Shown here: positions 28,410 through 38,600 of the stretch, in pieces
Layout of the letters: the number at the start of each line of letters is the position of its first letter
Numbering within the stretch: the first letter of the stretch is position 1
Origin: Thermoplasmata archaeon
GTDB lineage: Archaea > Thermoplasmatota > Thermoplasmata > Lutacidiplasmatales > SKW197
Reading direction: 5' to 3'
Length of the DNA: 64,000 nt
Assembly: GCA_049970095.1 (NCBI GenBank)
Contig: JBMFNP010000001.1
Coordinates: forward strand, 18,912-82,911
Program-made: the position numbers and the translations under genes
Notes under the pieces: generated by a model
Seen by the model: only the letters and a program-made list of their open reading frames with translations
What the model was told of the DNA's origin: nothing
Database searches by the model: none

Positions 28410-28862
28410 TTAGTCGTGCACTGTTATAAGGCCCTGAACAATCTTCATGGTGGTACCTGTGTACTGGGCAGTCACCTTTATTTCTCCGGTATGCACATTC
28501 ATTGGAAGTGTCGGGGTCACATCAAACGCTGCCTGTCCGTTCTTGTCTGTAAGTTTCTTTTGATCCACGCCACAGCCCTCAAGGTGTATTTCTACACCCT
28601 CCAGTACTTTTCCGTTCACATCATAGGCTGTTACTGTTACTGTAACGGTGTTTCCCACTGTCAGGTCTGTATTGTCAATAGAGATATGGTCCAGTTCTGG
28701 TTTCTTTACCATGTACATCCAGCCGACAAGAATGGCAATGCCGACCGCTGCAATGATCACCATGATTATTAGGTACAGCGGAAGTCCCTCAAGTGCGCCT
28801 TTCCTGTTTACTTTGTATCGCCTCATATTTTTTATCACCGTCCAATATATGGCATTTGTCAT
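28410..28862 (-). CDS. small pilin-like protein with class-III-like signal peptide and Ig/prealbumin-like beta domain
   Basis: N-terminus …NRKG|ALEGLPLYLIIMVIIAAVGIAILVG; C-terminal TVTVTVTAYDVNGKVLEGVEIHLEG beta-rich domain. Paralogue of 27894..28373. Confidence 0.5.
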   Translation of the reverse strand: MTNAIYWTVIKNMRRYKVNRKGALEGLPLYLIIMVIIAAVGIAILVGWMYMVKKPELDHISIDNTDLTVGNTVTVTVTAYDVNGKVLEGVEIHLEGCGVDQKKLTDKNGQAAFDVTPTLPMNVHTGEIKVTAQYTGTTMKIVQGLITVHD

Positions 28863-28967
28863 ATTTAAGTTTTGTGGGGTATTGAGAATTCAACCTGAAA
28901 TTAACGACAGTATATCGTTTATATATGCTACCAGAAAACCTTAAAATCTAATAGCATATGGGGTTAT

Positions 28968-30281
28968 ATGTGGTATGTATATAGCAGTGAAATCATTCCA
29001 GAAATGGAAGGGCAGGAAGTAAAGGTTGCTGGCTGGATCGAAGAGATAAGAAATTTGGGGAGCATTGCCTTTCTTATATTGAGGGACCGCAAGGGCAGAG
29101 TCCAGTTAACTGCACTCAAGAAGGAAATGGGGAAAGAAAAATTCTTAGAGTTAGCAGGGCTTCCAAGAGAGAGTGTTATTGAGGTTACTGGAAAAGTTCA
29201 GAGAAGCAATGAAGCAAGAGCTGGATTTGAGATTATTCCAAAGAATTACCGTGTGCTTTCAACCGCAAAAACACCCCTGCCACTAGGAGTGGTAGATAAA
29301 GTGAATGCAGAACTGGACACCCGATTAGATAACCGTTTCATAGACCTGAGAAAGGATGATGTGCGCGCAATTTTTTTAATTAGAAATCTGGTATGTGCAG
29401 GCATGCGAAAGTATTTTTTTGAAAATGGATATATTGAGGTGCATACGCCAAAAATTGTTTTTGCAGGTGCAGAAGGTGGAGCTACCTTGTTTGAAATAGA
29501 ATACTTCGGGAGAAAAGCATATCTTGCCCAGAGCCCTCAACTATACAAACAAATGCTAATGGCTACAGGTCTGGACAGGATCTATGAAATTGCTCCCGCT
29601 TTTCGTGCGGAACCCTCAGATACAGTTAGACATCTCTCTGAGTTTATATCGCTTGATGTGGAAATTGCATATATCCAGGATTCTGGAGATGTAATGCGTG
29701 CATTAGAAAACCTGATAGCCAGCACACTCTCATTTGTTGCTGAACACGGGAGGAGAGAACTTGAGAAACTCAGATGTAATGTGAAGGTTCCAAGTGTTCC
29801 ATTCAGGAAAATTACCCACAGGGAATGTCTTGAAATACTTAAATCACTGGGTTGGAATGGAGGAAATACTGTAGATACAGAAGGAGAAAAACTTCTAGGC
29901 GATTATGTATTGAAAAATTATGGAGAGGAATTTTTCTTCATAACAGAGTTCCCTACTGAGGTAAAGAGAGGAACTTTCTATGCGATGAGGAAAGATGAGA
30001 ATCCAGAACTGACAGCGTATTTTGATCTTGAGTACAAGGGACAGGAACTAGTGTCTGGAGGTCAGCGAGAGCACAGATATGAAAAACTTGTTGCTCAGAT
30101 GGCTGAAAACGGAATAAATATTTCTACATTTGAGCCCTACTTGAAAGCGTTCAGATACGGAATGCCCCCACATGGTGGCTTCGGTTTGGGTATAGATAGA
30201 TTTGTGCAGAAAATGCTGAATCTTGGGAACATAAGGGAAGCTGTGCTTTTCCCGAGAGATAGGGTGAGAGTGACACCTTAA
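28968..30281 (+). CDS. aspS: aspartate--tRNA ligase (archaeal type)
   Basis: 437 aa. N-terminal OB fold (EVKVAGWIEEIRNLGSIAFLILRDRKGRVQLT) and class II motifs (FRAE, GGQREHRY, …GMPPHGGFGLGIDR). Confidence 0.9.
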   Translation: MWYVYSSEIIPEMEGQEVKVAGWIEEIRNLGSIAFLILRDRKGRVQLTALKKEMGKEKFLELAGLPRESVIEVTGKVQRSNEARAGFEIIPKNYRVLSTAKTPLPLGVVDKVNAELDTRLDNRFIDLRKDDVRAIFLIRNLVCAGMRKYFFENGYIEVHTPKIVFAGAEGGATLFEIEYFGRKAYLAQSPQLYKQMLMATGLDRIYEIAPAFRAEPSDTVRHLSEFISLDVEIAYIQDSGDVMRALENLIASTLSFVAEHGRRELEKLRCNVKVPSVPFRKITHRECLEILKSLGWNGGNTVDTEGEKLLGDYVLKNYGEEFFFITEFPTEVKRGTFYAMRKDENPELTAYFDLEYKGQELVSGGQREHRYEKLVAQMAENGINISTFEPYLKAFRYGMPPHGGFGLGIDRFVQKMLNLGNIREAVLFPRDRVRVTP

Positions 30282-30928
30282 ATTAGTGGTTCCAGAACAG
30301 GTATCAGGGCTTTCATATCAGTACTTTTTACCACAAGATCCGCATCCCTGCACACTTCTTCGTCCACCGGAGAAAATGCTATTCCATACCCGGAAACTCT
30401 GAACATCTGACAGTCTATGAAACTGTTACCAATGGAAATGATTTCCGATTTTCTAATGTTAAGGCGCCTTGCAATTTCTTTAACAGCCACATCCTTTTCT
30501 AGAAGCTTTACCCTGAGAATCCCTCTACCTGTAAGGAATCCGTTCTTATCTGTTTCCAATCCGTTTGCAAGCACCTCATGAATTCCAAGTGCTCTACCCA
30601 CCCGATTTGCAAGCAAATCAATACCACCACTTGCTATTGCAATGTACACCTTTTCTTTCCTCAAAAAATCAAAGAGCTCTGTTGCACCTTTTTTCAGGGG
30701 CACTTTTGATAGAATTTCCTCTATCTCAGAAATGTGAATTCTCCCTTTTTTTGATAGCCAGAGAGATATATCCCTTCTCATGAATTCCTCATCGTCAATA
30801 ATCCCATTCAAAAATTGATTTAGTGCCTGGTCATTGTTCACAGAGTAATGTTTGTGTACCCAAGACCATGAACTCTCAATATCTACGAGCGTACCGTCCA
30901 GGTCAAAAATGAGCAGGCGGTAGACCAT
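30278..30928 (-). CDS. HAD-superfamily hydrolase (phosphoserine-phosphatase-like)
   Basis: 216 aa. Motif I LLIFDLDGTLVD at the N-terminus, HAD architecture. Confidence 0.75.
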   Translation of the reverse strand: MVYRLLIFDLDGTLVDIESSWSWVHKHYSVNNDQALNQFLNGIIDDEEFMRRDISLWLSKKGRIHISEIEEILSKVPLKKGATELFDFLRKEKVYIAIASGGIDLLANRVGRALGIHEVLANGLETDKNGFLTGRGILRVKLLEKDVAVKEIARRLNIRKSEIISIGNSFIDCQMFRVSGYGIAFSPVDEEVCRDADLVVKSTDMKALIPVLEPLI

Positions 30929-30990
30929 ATAGCCACCAAACCTAAATTAAAATAAAATAAAAAGAGATTTTTTGTGTTTTTATATTGTTT

Positions 30991-33900
30991 TTATTTTTTC
31001 TTCTCTTTTTTCTCTTCCTTTGTTTCTTTTTCTGGCTTTTTCTTCTTAATCTTTTCCTCTTCTTCCTCTTCACCGCCTTTCCGTCTCTTGCTGACTATGT
31101 AAATTACCAGTAGGGCGATTACTACAGCTGCAATACCTCCGCCGTACATTGCGTAGGTTTTCCATGCTGCCTCGTTTACTGTAATCTCTTTCTTCATCCC
31201 ATTGTTATCTGTATAGGTGTAGTACTCCTGAGCAGAATAAACACTTACATTGAGGCTGAAAGTTCCCGCAGTGTCAGGAGTCCATCTGAATTCCACAGTC
31301 ATTGTTTCATTATATTTAAGGGCGGTACCGTTGGGGTATGTGAATGTTGTGATGTTGCCCACTTCCCTTGCATCACCAGCACTTGAAATCAGCGTGAATG
31401 AAAGGTAATTGATGACTGCACTGGAGTTTTCACCACCAATGTTTTTGATTTCCACTTTGATTGTGCACTGAGTGCCCACTTCAAATTTATCTGGCAAAGT
31501 TACATTCGTGATTTCTAAGTCAGGCCTCGCGCTGGTGTTCAGCCGCACATTCAGAACCACAGTAGTATTTTTTGAATTACCAGCAATATCCCAAACCGTT
31601 AGGGTGATGTTCCAGTCGCCAGGTTCCAAGCCATTTTCAATGAAGTATGTGGTATTGTTTGATTCATTCTGGAGGAAAATTTGACCCTTCTTTTCAACCG
31701 TCCAGTTGTATTTTACAATAGTTCCTCCATGTGGATCATAGGACTCATTTGCTTTCAATGTGAGATTTGTCTTTTCAATCACACTCGTGGTTTCTGTGTT
31801 TTCTGCGTCATACACCTTGATTACTGGTTCAGGTGCCTCAGTGTCATTTACAATCACTGTAATCGTAGTGTTTGCCCAGTTACCTGCAATATCTGTCACA
31901 TTCAGTGTCACATTGTAAATCCAGCATCCCTTTACTGTCACTGTCCTACCAGATATATTGAAGGTGGTAATATTTACATAGTTTGCTCCTCCAACAAATG
32001 TATGGGAAATGTTGTAAAGGCGATTATCCATGGTCTCAGTAACCGTGGTGTTATCACCAAAGTCCCATGCCCAACTCCTTATTGTTCCGTTTCTGTCGCT
32101 TCCTGTTATGCTGTCTGAGGAGTAAGAGCCGTTGAACACTACCGGTGTGGTTACATTCGTAAATACATAGGTTGTGTTGTTGCCATTTGCATTAATCACT
32201 GCCAAAGGCACAACGCCATCCACATGTAGCGTCATGTTAGTTGTGTTTGTCTGCCCACCACTTCCGAGCACCGTGAGTTTTACTGTAATTCTCTCCCCTG
32301 CTTTTGTGTAGGTGTGGTTGATGGTAATATTCTCTGTTGAGGTTACTGTGCCATCACCGAAATCCCATGTGTATTTTGTAATATTGCCAACAGGAATTAT
32401 GGAATTCTGGGCACTGAAAGTCACATTTTCATTTGCCTTCACGATTACAGTATAGTTTTCGTATGTAGCATTTATGATATTGTAATCTCCCCATTCTTCC
32501 GCAGTTACATTGATCACTGGCTTTACCTCGGAGAACTTCTCAAACTCCATTCTTGCAGAAGCATAAGTGTAGCCACTCCCTGTTTTTGGATCTATTTCAA
32601 ATTTTTGCCAGTTGTTTATAGGCCAGAGGTCAACAAAACCTCTGTCAAATGTGTGATCCGTAAGTACATATCCAGGTGGCAAAGTAATCTGGTATTTGTA
32701 GTCGGAAAATACACTGTCGTAGAGAAAACCAAAGTTGCATTCGTAAGCATCACTTGTGTTTATTGTAGCATCCGAGTGGAATGTATAGGTGTAATTTATG
32801 TATATGGGTGCATCGGTGGTGACATCAATAGGATTGCTTGTGTTTGTTATACCTGTATCCTTCACACTCACACTGAAGCCAGATATATTTGTGAAACTAG
32901 TAGCATTTATTTCAAATCCGAACTGGTTAGGGACATATAGAGGTCCTGCCTTTGCTAGATACTCTTTGAATGCATCCATTTCTGTCTGGCTCACCTTGAA
33001 ATCTCTGTTTCCAAATGTGAAATCAATCTGGAGTCTAAGAATGCCTGTATCTGCCAGTTCCAGCCACGGAAACGAATAATGTGGGTAAATTTTTGCCTTT
33101 GTGGTTGCAGTAAAATTGTTCATATCAGTGAGGTTGAGTTCAGTCAATATTTCTCCTTTGGTTACCTGCTTTACTTTTGCATCCTTGATCTGGAGGATTC
33201 CGCTACTTACACTCACACTCTTGTTAATGTATGTGGTGTAACCCTCAGAAGCAACAATCAGCACAAAGTTACCTGGATATGCACCGATTTCAAAGTATGG
33301 TGTGTTTTCAAATTCTCTTGTGAAAGCTTTAAGTGTGTTCTGGTCAATGAGGATTACCGTAGTATGTTTTGCATCTGTGATTATGTTGCCTTCCATATCC
33401 CTAAGCACACCTTTAATGAAGGTTTTATACAGTGTAATGTTTATATCAATTCCACCGTTCTCTGGCAGTGTCACTGTCACATTGTAGGTTGGAGAGTACT
33501 GCGGATATTCTACGATGAGGTTATATGTTCCTGGATAGAATGAGATGTTAAATCCCTGCACTTTCGGGTCGGTAACATTCACATCATTGGGCAGCGGGAT
33601 CCCATAACTTCTCGTTTCCTCACTGTACTTGTGTGCAATGTCCACAATTTTAACTGTAGCGTTGGTAGTGAAATCCCCGCCAGTTGCAAGCCGAATTGTG
33701 CCATTAACATACGCGTTCACATCCTTTTTCTCAGTTGTGAGTTCCTTCTCTACATTTTGTGTGAATACACCAAAGGGCTCAGTTTCTGTGTAAAGGAAAA
33801 CTTCATTAATTTTCTTTTGCGAATCCATCACCAGTTTATAGTAACCTGGGGATGCTGAGAAGATAAAGAAACCACCAGTCCTCGTGGTCGTGGTGCTTGT

Positions 33901-34089
33901 CACCTCTCCTTTTGCAAAAGAGTAGAGCTTGACTGTAAGTCCTTCTGGTGCAAAATCCCCATCAGTTGTGTACACGGTGCCAGATATTGTCACCGTAGGG
34001 GATGTTCCATTCGCCTTCAGCGTAGAGCACACTAGCAGTCCAAGCACCAATATTGTACCTATTATTTTCAGACACTGTTGTTGTTTCAT
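30991..34089 (-). CDS. large surface protein with signal peptide, PKD domains and C-terminal TM anchor plus Glu/Lys-rich tail
   Basis: 1032 aa. N-terminal signal; PKD signatures WDFGDGTVTS… and WAWDFGDNTTVT…; many N-glycosylation sequons. C-terminus YAMYGGGIAAVVIALLVIYIVSKRRKGGEEEEEEKIKKKK…. Confidence 0.8.
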   Translation of the reverse strand: MKQQQCLKIIGTILVLGLLVCSTLKANGTSPTVTISGTVYTTDGDFAPEGLTVKLYSFAKGEVTSTTTTRTGGFFIFSASPGYYKLVMDSQKKINEVFLYTETEPFGVFTQNVEKELTTEKKDVNAYVNGTIRLATGGDFTTNATVKIVDIAHKYSEETRSYGIPLPNDVNVTDPKVQGFNISFYPGTYNLIVEYPQYSPTYNVTVTLPENGGIDINITLYKTFIKGVLRDMEGNIITDAKHTTVILIDQNTLKAFTREFENTPYFEIGAYPGNFVLIVASEGYTTYINKSVSVSSGILQIKDAKVKQVTKGEILTELNLTDMNNFTATTKAKIYPHYSFPWLELADTGILRLQIDFTFGNRDFKVSQTEMDAFKEYLAKAGPLYVPNQFGFEINATSFTNISGFSVSVKDTGITNTSNPIDVTTDAPIYINYTYTFHSDATINTSDAYECNFGFLYDSVFSDYKYQITLPPGYVLTDHTFDRGFVDLWPINNWQKFEIDPKTGSGYTYASARMEFEKFSEVKPVINVTAEEWGDYNIINATYENYTVIVKANENVTFSAQNSIIPVGNITKYTWDFGDGTVTSTENITINHTYTKAGERITVKLTVLGSGGQTNTTNMTLHVDGVVPLAVINANGNNTTYVFTNVTTPVVFNGSYSSDSITGSDRNGTIRSWAWDFGDNTTVTETMDNRLYNISHTFVGGANYVNITTFNISGRTVTVKGCWIYNVTLNVTDIAGNWANTTITVIVNDTEAPEPVIKVYDAENTETTSVIEKTNLTLKANESYDPHGGTIVKYNWTVEKKGQIFLQNESNNTTYFIENGLEPGDWNITLTVWDIAGNSKNTTVVLNVRLNTSARPDLEITNVTLPDKFEVGTQCTIKVEIKNIGGENSSAVINYLSFTLISSAGDAREVGNITTFTYPNGTALKYNETMTVEFRWTPDTAGTFSLNVSVYSAQEYYTYTDNNGMKKEITVNEAAWKTYAMYGGGIAAVVIALLVIYIVSKRRKGGEEEEEEKIKKKKPEKETKEEKKEKKK

Positions 34090-34281
34090 TTTCCATCCTC
34101 CAATTTGGCTATGCCTGATTTTTTCAGTTTAACACCTACTCATTAATATAATTTTGCCTTCACCGGGTTTCATTGAGTGTTTCTCAAAACTGCCCTCTCA
34201 CCCAGGTACCATCTTTTTCTGCCGTCTTAGAAGTTTGAGGTCGTGGAAAAATCTATATCTCTTTGTAAACTTCGCCATTCA

Positions 34282-36135
34282 ATGCAAAAATCACATGAGC
34301 GCCGCACACAAATCTTCTGGTGCAGCAGGTGCAATGTTCCCATTCTCAGCGAAAAGTGTGGAATTTGTGGCAGCAATGGAAACAAGATTATGCTCCACCA
34401 TGGGAGAGAAATCAGGCCCGGGTTTGAGTACACGCTGAATAAAATCAACCAGATACTTGAAAAAAAGTATGGAGTGAAGGAGGCTTTGAATGGAAAACTT
34501 GTGCTTCTTCACAAAGTAGCAGGTATTGATAGGACAGAAGAAATAATTGTTGATGGAAAGATTTTTGGTACATTTTCCTACATACCTGAAGAGAGGGAAT
34601 TTCAGATTTTTCTGAGAAGTTACGGCGCTGCCTATCTGCGGGGGAAGGGAGCACATAAAAATATAGTAACTGTAAATGAGAAAGCACTGGAGAGACATCT
34701 GAAAAACACATGGATTTTTGCAGAGGAACTACTGGATATTGCAGAGATTTCTCCACATCAGGACATTATTCTCTCCATAGGTAAATACACAGGTGTAGGA
34801 ATCCCTAAATTCCATAGTAGGGAAAAAATTCCAAAAAAGTGCATAAAGGTAAGGGATATTGGGGTCTGTGAATTCCAGGAGAACAACCCTGATTTTCACA
34901 CGATAGTAAAGGCAAATGCAGATTATATTGATATTCTTGAAAAAACAGCAATATCGGAAATAAAAAGGACGCTGATGCAACATAAAAATATGAAAATTGC
35001 TGTATCTTTCAGCGGAGGTAAAGATAGTGCAGTAGCATTTCATCTTCTCAGCAAAGTGACAAGCCAGTTTGATGTTATTTTCGTGGACACAGGTCTTGAA
35101 TTTCCTGAGACGGTAGAATATGTGAAAAAAATGGCTAAGGGAAAGCCTCTCTTCATTCTGAAACCCGAACACTCATTCTGGGATCTTGTGGATTCCATGG
35201 GACCACCAGCAAAGGATTACAGATGGTGCTGCAAGGTATGCAAGTTAGCACCAGTTGCCAGCCATGTAGGTAAATATGGAGAAATTCTAACTGTTGAGGG
35301 TAGAAGAAGGGCTGAGTCCTTTGCAAGAGAGAAAATAAATTTGATTGAAAAAAATCCGTTTGTGCCAGGGCAAATACTCGTGAACCCCATAAGAAACTGG
35401 TGTGCATTTGAGATCTGGCTATACATTCTAAAAGAACATATTCCAGTGAATCCGCTTTACTTCCATGATTTTGAAAGAATTGGGTGCTATCTCTGCCCCT
35501 CTGCACATGCCTGTGAATTTGATGAGGTTGCCTCTCTCCATCCAGAAATGTATGAGCGCTGGCAGAATTATCTAAAATTTTGGGCTGAAAAAAATGGAAT
35601 GGACGAAGATTACTGGAGAAAAGGTTTATGGCGATGGAAAACTCCACCGAGGAAAATCAGGAGAGAGAAAAGCTGGGAGGAGAAAAGAAATATTCACATC
35701 AAGGAAAGCATCACATGCAATGGAGAATATTTGATTGATGGGAACTTCAATACTGGGTTGAGCCAGATAGAAATCGGAAATGCACTGGGAATCCTGGGAG
35801 AAATGAGATATCTTGAGAGCACTGGCACAATTATGATAAAGCTCAGAAAATCTAGAATTCTATTTTTTGCAAACTCTGATTTCTCTGTAGTCTCAACTAA
35901 CCGTGAGGAGGGAAGAAAACTTCTTGTAAAGATTATCCAGCAATTGCTGAGGGGGATGTTCTGCACATCCTGCATGATCTGCAAAAGGGCATGCCCAGTA
36001 GGGTGCATAGATATAAGGGATGGAAAACCAGAGTACAACCTTCAGAAATGCAAAAAATGTGGGCATTGTATTGAGGCGTGTGTTGTGGCGAGATACTGGG
36101 ACAAGCGGATTGCACTTGTTTTTTCCCACACATAA
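34282..36135 (+). CDS. PAPS-reductase-family PP-loop ATPase with N-terminal Zn-ribbon + PUA-like domain and C-terminal ferredoxin domain (paralogue 2)
   Basis: WCSRCNVPILSEKCGICGS Zn ribbon, AVSFSGGKDS PP-loop, RWCCKVCK…GCYLCP, and C-terminal CTSCMICKRACP…CKKCGHCIEAC. About 50% identical to 12045..13952 in the catalytic core. Start chosen at the Met aligned with paralogue 1 (track ORF begins at 34243). Confidence 0.8.
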   Translation: MQKSHERRTQIFWCSRCNVPILSEKCGICGSNGNKIMLHHGREIRPGFEYTLNKINQILEKKYGVKEALNGKLVLLHKVAGIDRTEEIIVDGKIFGTFSYIPEEREFQIFLRSYGAAYLRGKGAHKNIVTVNEKALERHLKNTWIFAEELLDIAEISPHQDIILSIGKYTGVGIPKFHSREKIPKKCIKVRDIGVCEFQENNPDFHTIVKANADYIDILEKTAISEIKRTLMQHKNMKIAVSFSGGKDSAVAFHLLSKVTSQFDVIFVDTGLEFPETVEYVKKMAKGKPLFILKPEHSFWDLVDSMGPPAKDYRWCCKVCKLAPVASHVGKYGEILTVEGRRRAESFAREKINLIEKNPFVPGQILVNPIRNWCAFEIWLYILKEHIPVNPLYFHDFERIGCYLCPSAHACEFDEVASLHPEMYERWQNYLKFWAEKNGMDEDYWRKGLWRWKTPPRKIRREKSWEEKRNIHIKESITCNGEYLIDGNFNTGLSQIEIGNALGILGEMRYLESTGTIMIKLRKSRILFFANSDFSVVSTNREEGRKLLVKIIQQLLRGMFCTSCMICKRACPVGCIDIRDGKPEYNLQKCKKCGHCIEACVVARYWDKRIALVFSHT

Positions 36136-36316
36136 CTCTATATAAGCCTAAAATCTTTCTGTATCAGGATACCGTCGAAGGGTCCCTCCATGAGATATGG
36201 TGTGACATCATTCTGTGAGTTGAGGACAACCCCGGTATCCAACACCCTCGAATGGGTCAGGGCAATGAGCAATGGCAGTGCCAGCAATGAAATTCCCTGT
36301 TACTTTCGAGGGACAT

Positions 36317-37381
36317 CTACAAACTTAATTTTATGTGGTGTTCGCTTCCCCTCACCACAACCTGGTATGCGGGCTCAGAAAGTGGTAAATCTAAAATCAT
36401 AAGGTCTGGTTTCTTTCCTCTATCAAAAGATTCACATTCTCCAAGGAAAAACTTTCTGGGAATATCAACACTCATTTTGAGGAGAGTTTCTGGAGAAATA
36501 TAGTGCAATGCCCTATTCTTCCTGTACAATAACTCCATTTCTCTGAAAAGCGAGGGTGTGCTGAACATTGCGTTATCTGTGCCAAGCATCACTTCAATAC
36601 CTGCATCCAGCATTTTGGGCACATCAGGAAAATTTCCAAATAGCAGATTGCTTCTTGGACACACCACAACTGGCACATTTTTTGCCGCACAGGCATCAAG
36701 GTCTTCCTTCTCTGCCTTGCACATGTGCACCAAGAAATCTGGTTTGAGCGAAAGCACCTTATCAATATCCTCTCTTGAGCGCTCTGAAGCGTGCAGGGCA
36801 AACATCTTGCTTTCTTCCCCTGCCATTCCACTAAGTTTAGAAAGATAATTGTAATCCCAGTCAGAAATAGAACTCATTGCAATCCCATCTGAGATTTTTA
36901 GGAGTTGTTTGGTTTCCTTCTCACTTCCTTCTACAGGTCTGCCAAGTGCTTTTACTTGAATGTTTATGCCCCCAAGTGCCTTTCTAAGGTTTTTCACACC
37001 CTCAATTCCTTCTTCCCTGAAATCCACAAAACATGATGTTGTGCTTTCCATCATTCTTGCAAACTTTTTCATTGCCTCAATTTTTTCAGCACTCTTTTTT
37101 TCCCTCAAAACCCTAAATTTCAACCCATCAGGTGGTGCAACCAGTTCCTCCAGAGTTCCCTTCGGTTCTATCTCTACAACTGCATCTCCAATATGCGTAT
37201 GTGCATTCACAAACCTTGGAAGCACAATACCCACATAATCTTCAGACGGAGATATCCCACTATTTATCTCTAAAATCTCATTTTCCTTTATTCTTATGTA
37301 TCCCCTGAAAAATTTTCCGCTGCCAGAATATATCATTCCCCCTATTGTCAATGCTCTTGGTGTTTTTTGAGGCATCAGCAT
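36317..37381 (-). CDS. amidohydrolase-superfamily metal-dependent hydrolase (chlorohydrolase/deaminase-like)
   Basis: 354 aa. FVNAHTHI (HxH metal-binding motif near the N-terminus) is typical of the amidohydrolase fold. Confidence 0.65.
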   Translation of the reverse strand: MLMPQKTPRALTIGGMIYSGSGKFFRGYIRIKENEILEINSGISPSEDYVGIVLPRFVNAHTHIGDAVVEIEPKGTLEELVAPPDGLKFRVLREKKSAEKIEAMKKFARMMESTTSCFVDFREEGIEGVKNLRKALGGINIQVKALGRPVEGSEKETKQLLKISDGIAMSSISDWDYNYLSKLSGMAGEESKMFALHASERSREDIDKVLSLKPDFLVHMCKAEKEDLDACAAKNVPVVVCPRSNLLFGNFPDVPKMLDAGIEVMLGTDNAMFSTPSLFREMELLYRKNRALHYISPETLLKMSVDIPRKFFLGECESFDRGKKPDLMILDLPLSEPAYQVVVRGSEHHIKLSL

Positions 37382-37427
37382 CTATAACCACCACAACATA
37401 AAAATATTTCTCCCTGTATTCCCACAC

Positions 37428-38600
37428 ATGCAAGACCCAGATTACGATGCAATCATAGTGGGTGGGGGACCTGCAGGCCTAACGCTTGGCAGGGAACTCG
37501 GTAAAAAATTTCGTGTTCTGGTTGTTGAGGAACATAAAAAGGTGGGCTTGCCTGTACAATGTGCGGGGCTAGTTTCTTCAAGGGTGCTGGAACTCACAAG
37601 ATTATGGGAGTGTGTGGTTGCAAAGCACAGGGGTGCAATTCTCTATTCCCCATCTGGTAATGCATTCGCATTTTCTGCCTATACAATTAAGGCATATGCA
37701 ATTGATCGTGAAAAATTTGACGAAAAACTCGCTGAAAAGTGCAAAAGATATGCGAAGGTTGTTACTGGTATGAAATTTCTTGGTGCAAAATATGAAGAGG
37801 GTGGAGTTGTAGTAACTGTTTCTGGGAATGGAACAGAAAAAAAACTCAAAACCAGGTTGTTAGTGGGTGCGGATGGTGTGGTAAGCAGTGTCCGAAGAGC
37901 CTTTGGGTTTGAGGAGCCAGAAGAATATATTTCTACATATGGCATGGAAGTGAAAAATTTCGGGGTTGAAAGTGTGGAAATTTACACAGGCAGAGCATAT
38001 GCACCAGGATTTTTTGGATGGGCAATTCCATGTGGTGATTTTGTGCGGCTCGGGGTAGGAAGTGCTCAGGGCCATGCAAAATTATGCTTTGACAGGTTGG
38101 TGAATGTAATTCAGCAGAGAAAAAATATTAAAATTGAGGGATTGAGGACAATCACAGGTGCAATTCCAATTGGACTTTATTCTTCGTTTACGAGAGACCA
38201 TGTGGTGCTCGTGGGTGATGCTGCAGCCCATGTAAAGCCTGTGAGTGGGGGTGGAATTTACCTTGGAATTTCGGGTGCACTCATATGTGCAGATGTGGTT
38301 GGGAGGTCACTTGCTGAGAACAATTTGAGTGGAAAAAATCTAGCAGAGTATACAAAGAGGTTCAATGCCACTTTTAAGAAAGAAATTAAATTTGGATTAA
38401 GGGCAAGGAAGTTTTTGCGGAATATCTCAGATTCAACAATTGAGAAGGCGGTAGAGATGCTAAGTTCATGTGAAAGTGCAAAAGAGGTAATTGCAAAGTA
38501 CGGAGATATAGACTATCCCTCACTTCTTCTTAAGCCGATGCTTAAAAAGTGCCCTCAGCTGATAAAACTTACCCTTCCATCTATAGGTGATATGCTCTAG
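37428..38600 (+). CDS. geranylgeranyl reductase family flavoprotein (digeranylgeranylglycerophospholipid reductase-like)
   Basis: 390 aa. FAD-binding N-terminus YDAIIVGGGPAGLTLGRELGKKFRVLVVEEH and the GDAAAHVKPVSGGGI motif. Confidence 0.85.
   Translation: MQDPDYDAIIVGGGPAGLTLGRELGKKFRVLVVEEHKKVGLPVQCAGLVSSRVLELTRLWECVVAKHRGAILYSPSGNAFAFSAYTIKAYAIDREKFDEKLAEKCKRYAKVVTGMKFLGAKYEEGGVVVTVSGNGTEKKLKTRLLVGADGVVSSVRRAFGFEEPEEYISTYGMEVKNFGVESVEIYTGRAYAPGFFGWAIPCGDFVRLGVGSAQGHAKLCFDRLVNVIQQRKNIKIEGLRTITGAIPIGLYSSFTRDHVVLVGDAAAHVKPVSGGGIYLGISGALICADVVGRSLAENNLSGKNLAEYTKRFNATFKKEIKFGLRARKFLRNISDSTIEKAVEMLSSCESAKEVIAKYGDIDYPSLLLKPMLKKCPQLIKLTLPSIGDML

Noticed and set aside
30991-31090. ~90-nt polypyrimidine (CT-rich) tract as a potential triplex/H-DNA regulatory element
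   Set aside because: It is simply the coding sequence of the Glu/Lys-rich C-terminal tail (GGEEEEEEKIKKKKPEKETKEEKKEKKK) of the PKD surface protein on the opposite strand.
36136-36316. Possible tRNA or C/D-box sRNA in the convergent region between PAPS-reductase paralogue 2 and the amidohydrolase
   Set aside because: There are some short stems (gtccctc/gagggac, ggcagtgcc) but no cloverleaf, no T-loop, and no C/D or H/ACA box arrangement. The 70-aa ORF there (36190..36402) has no support.
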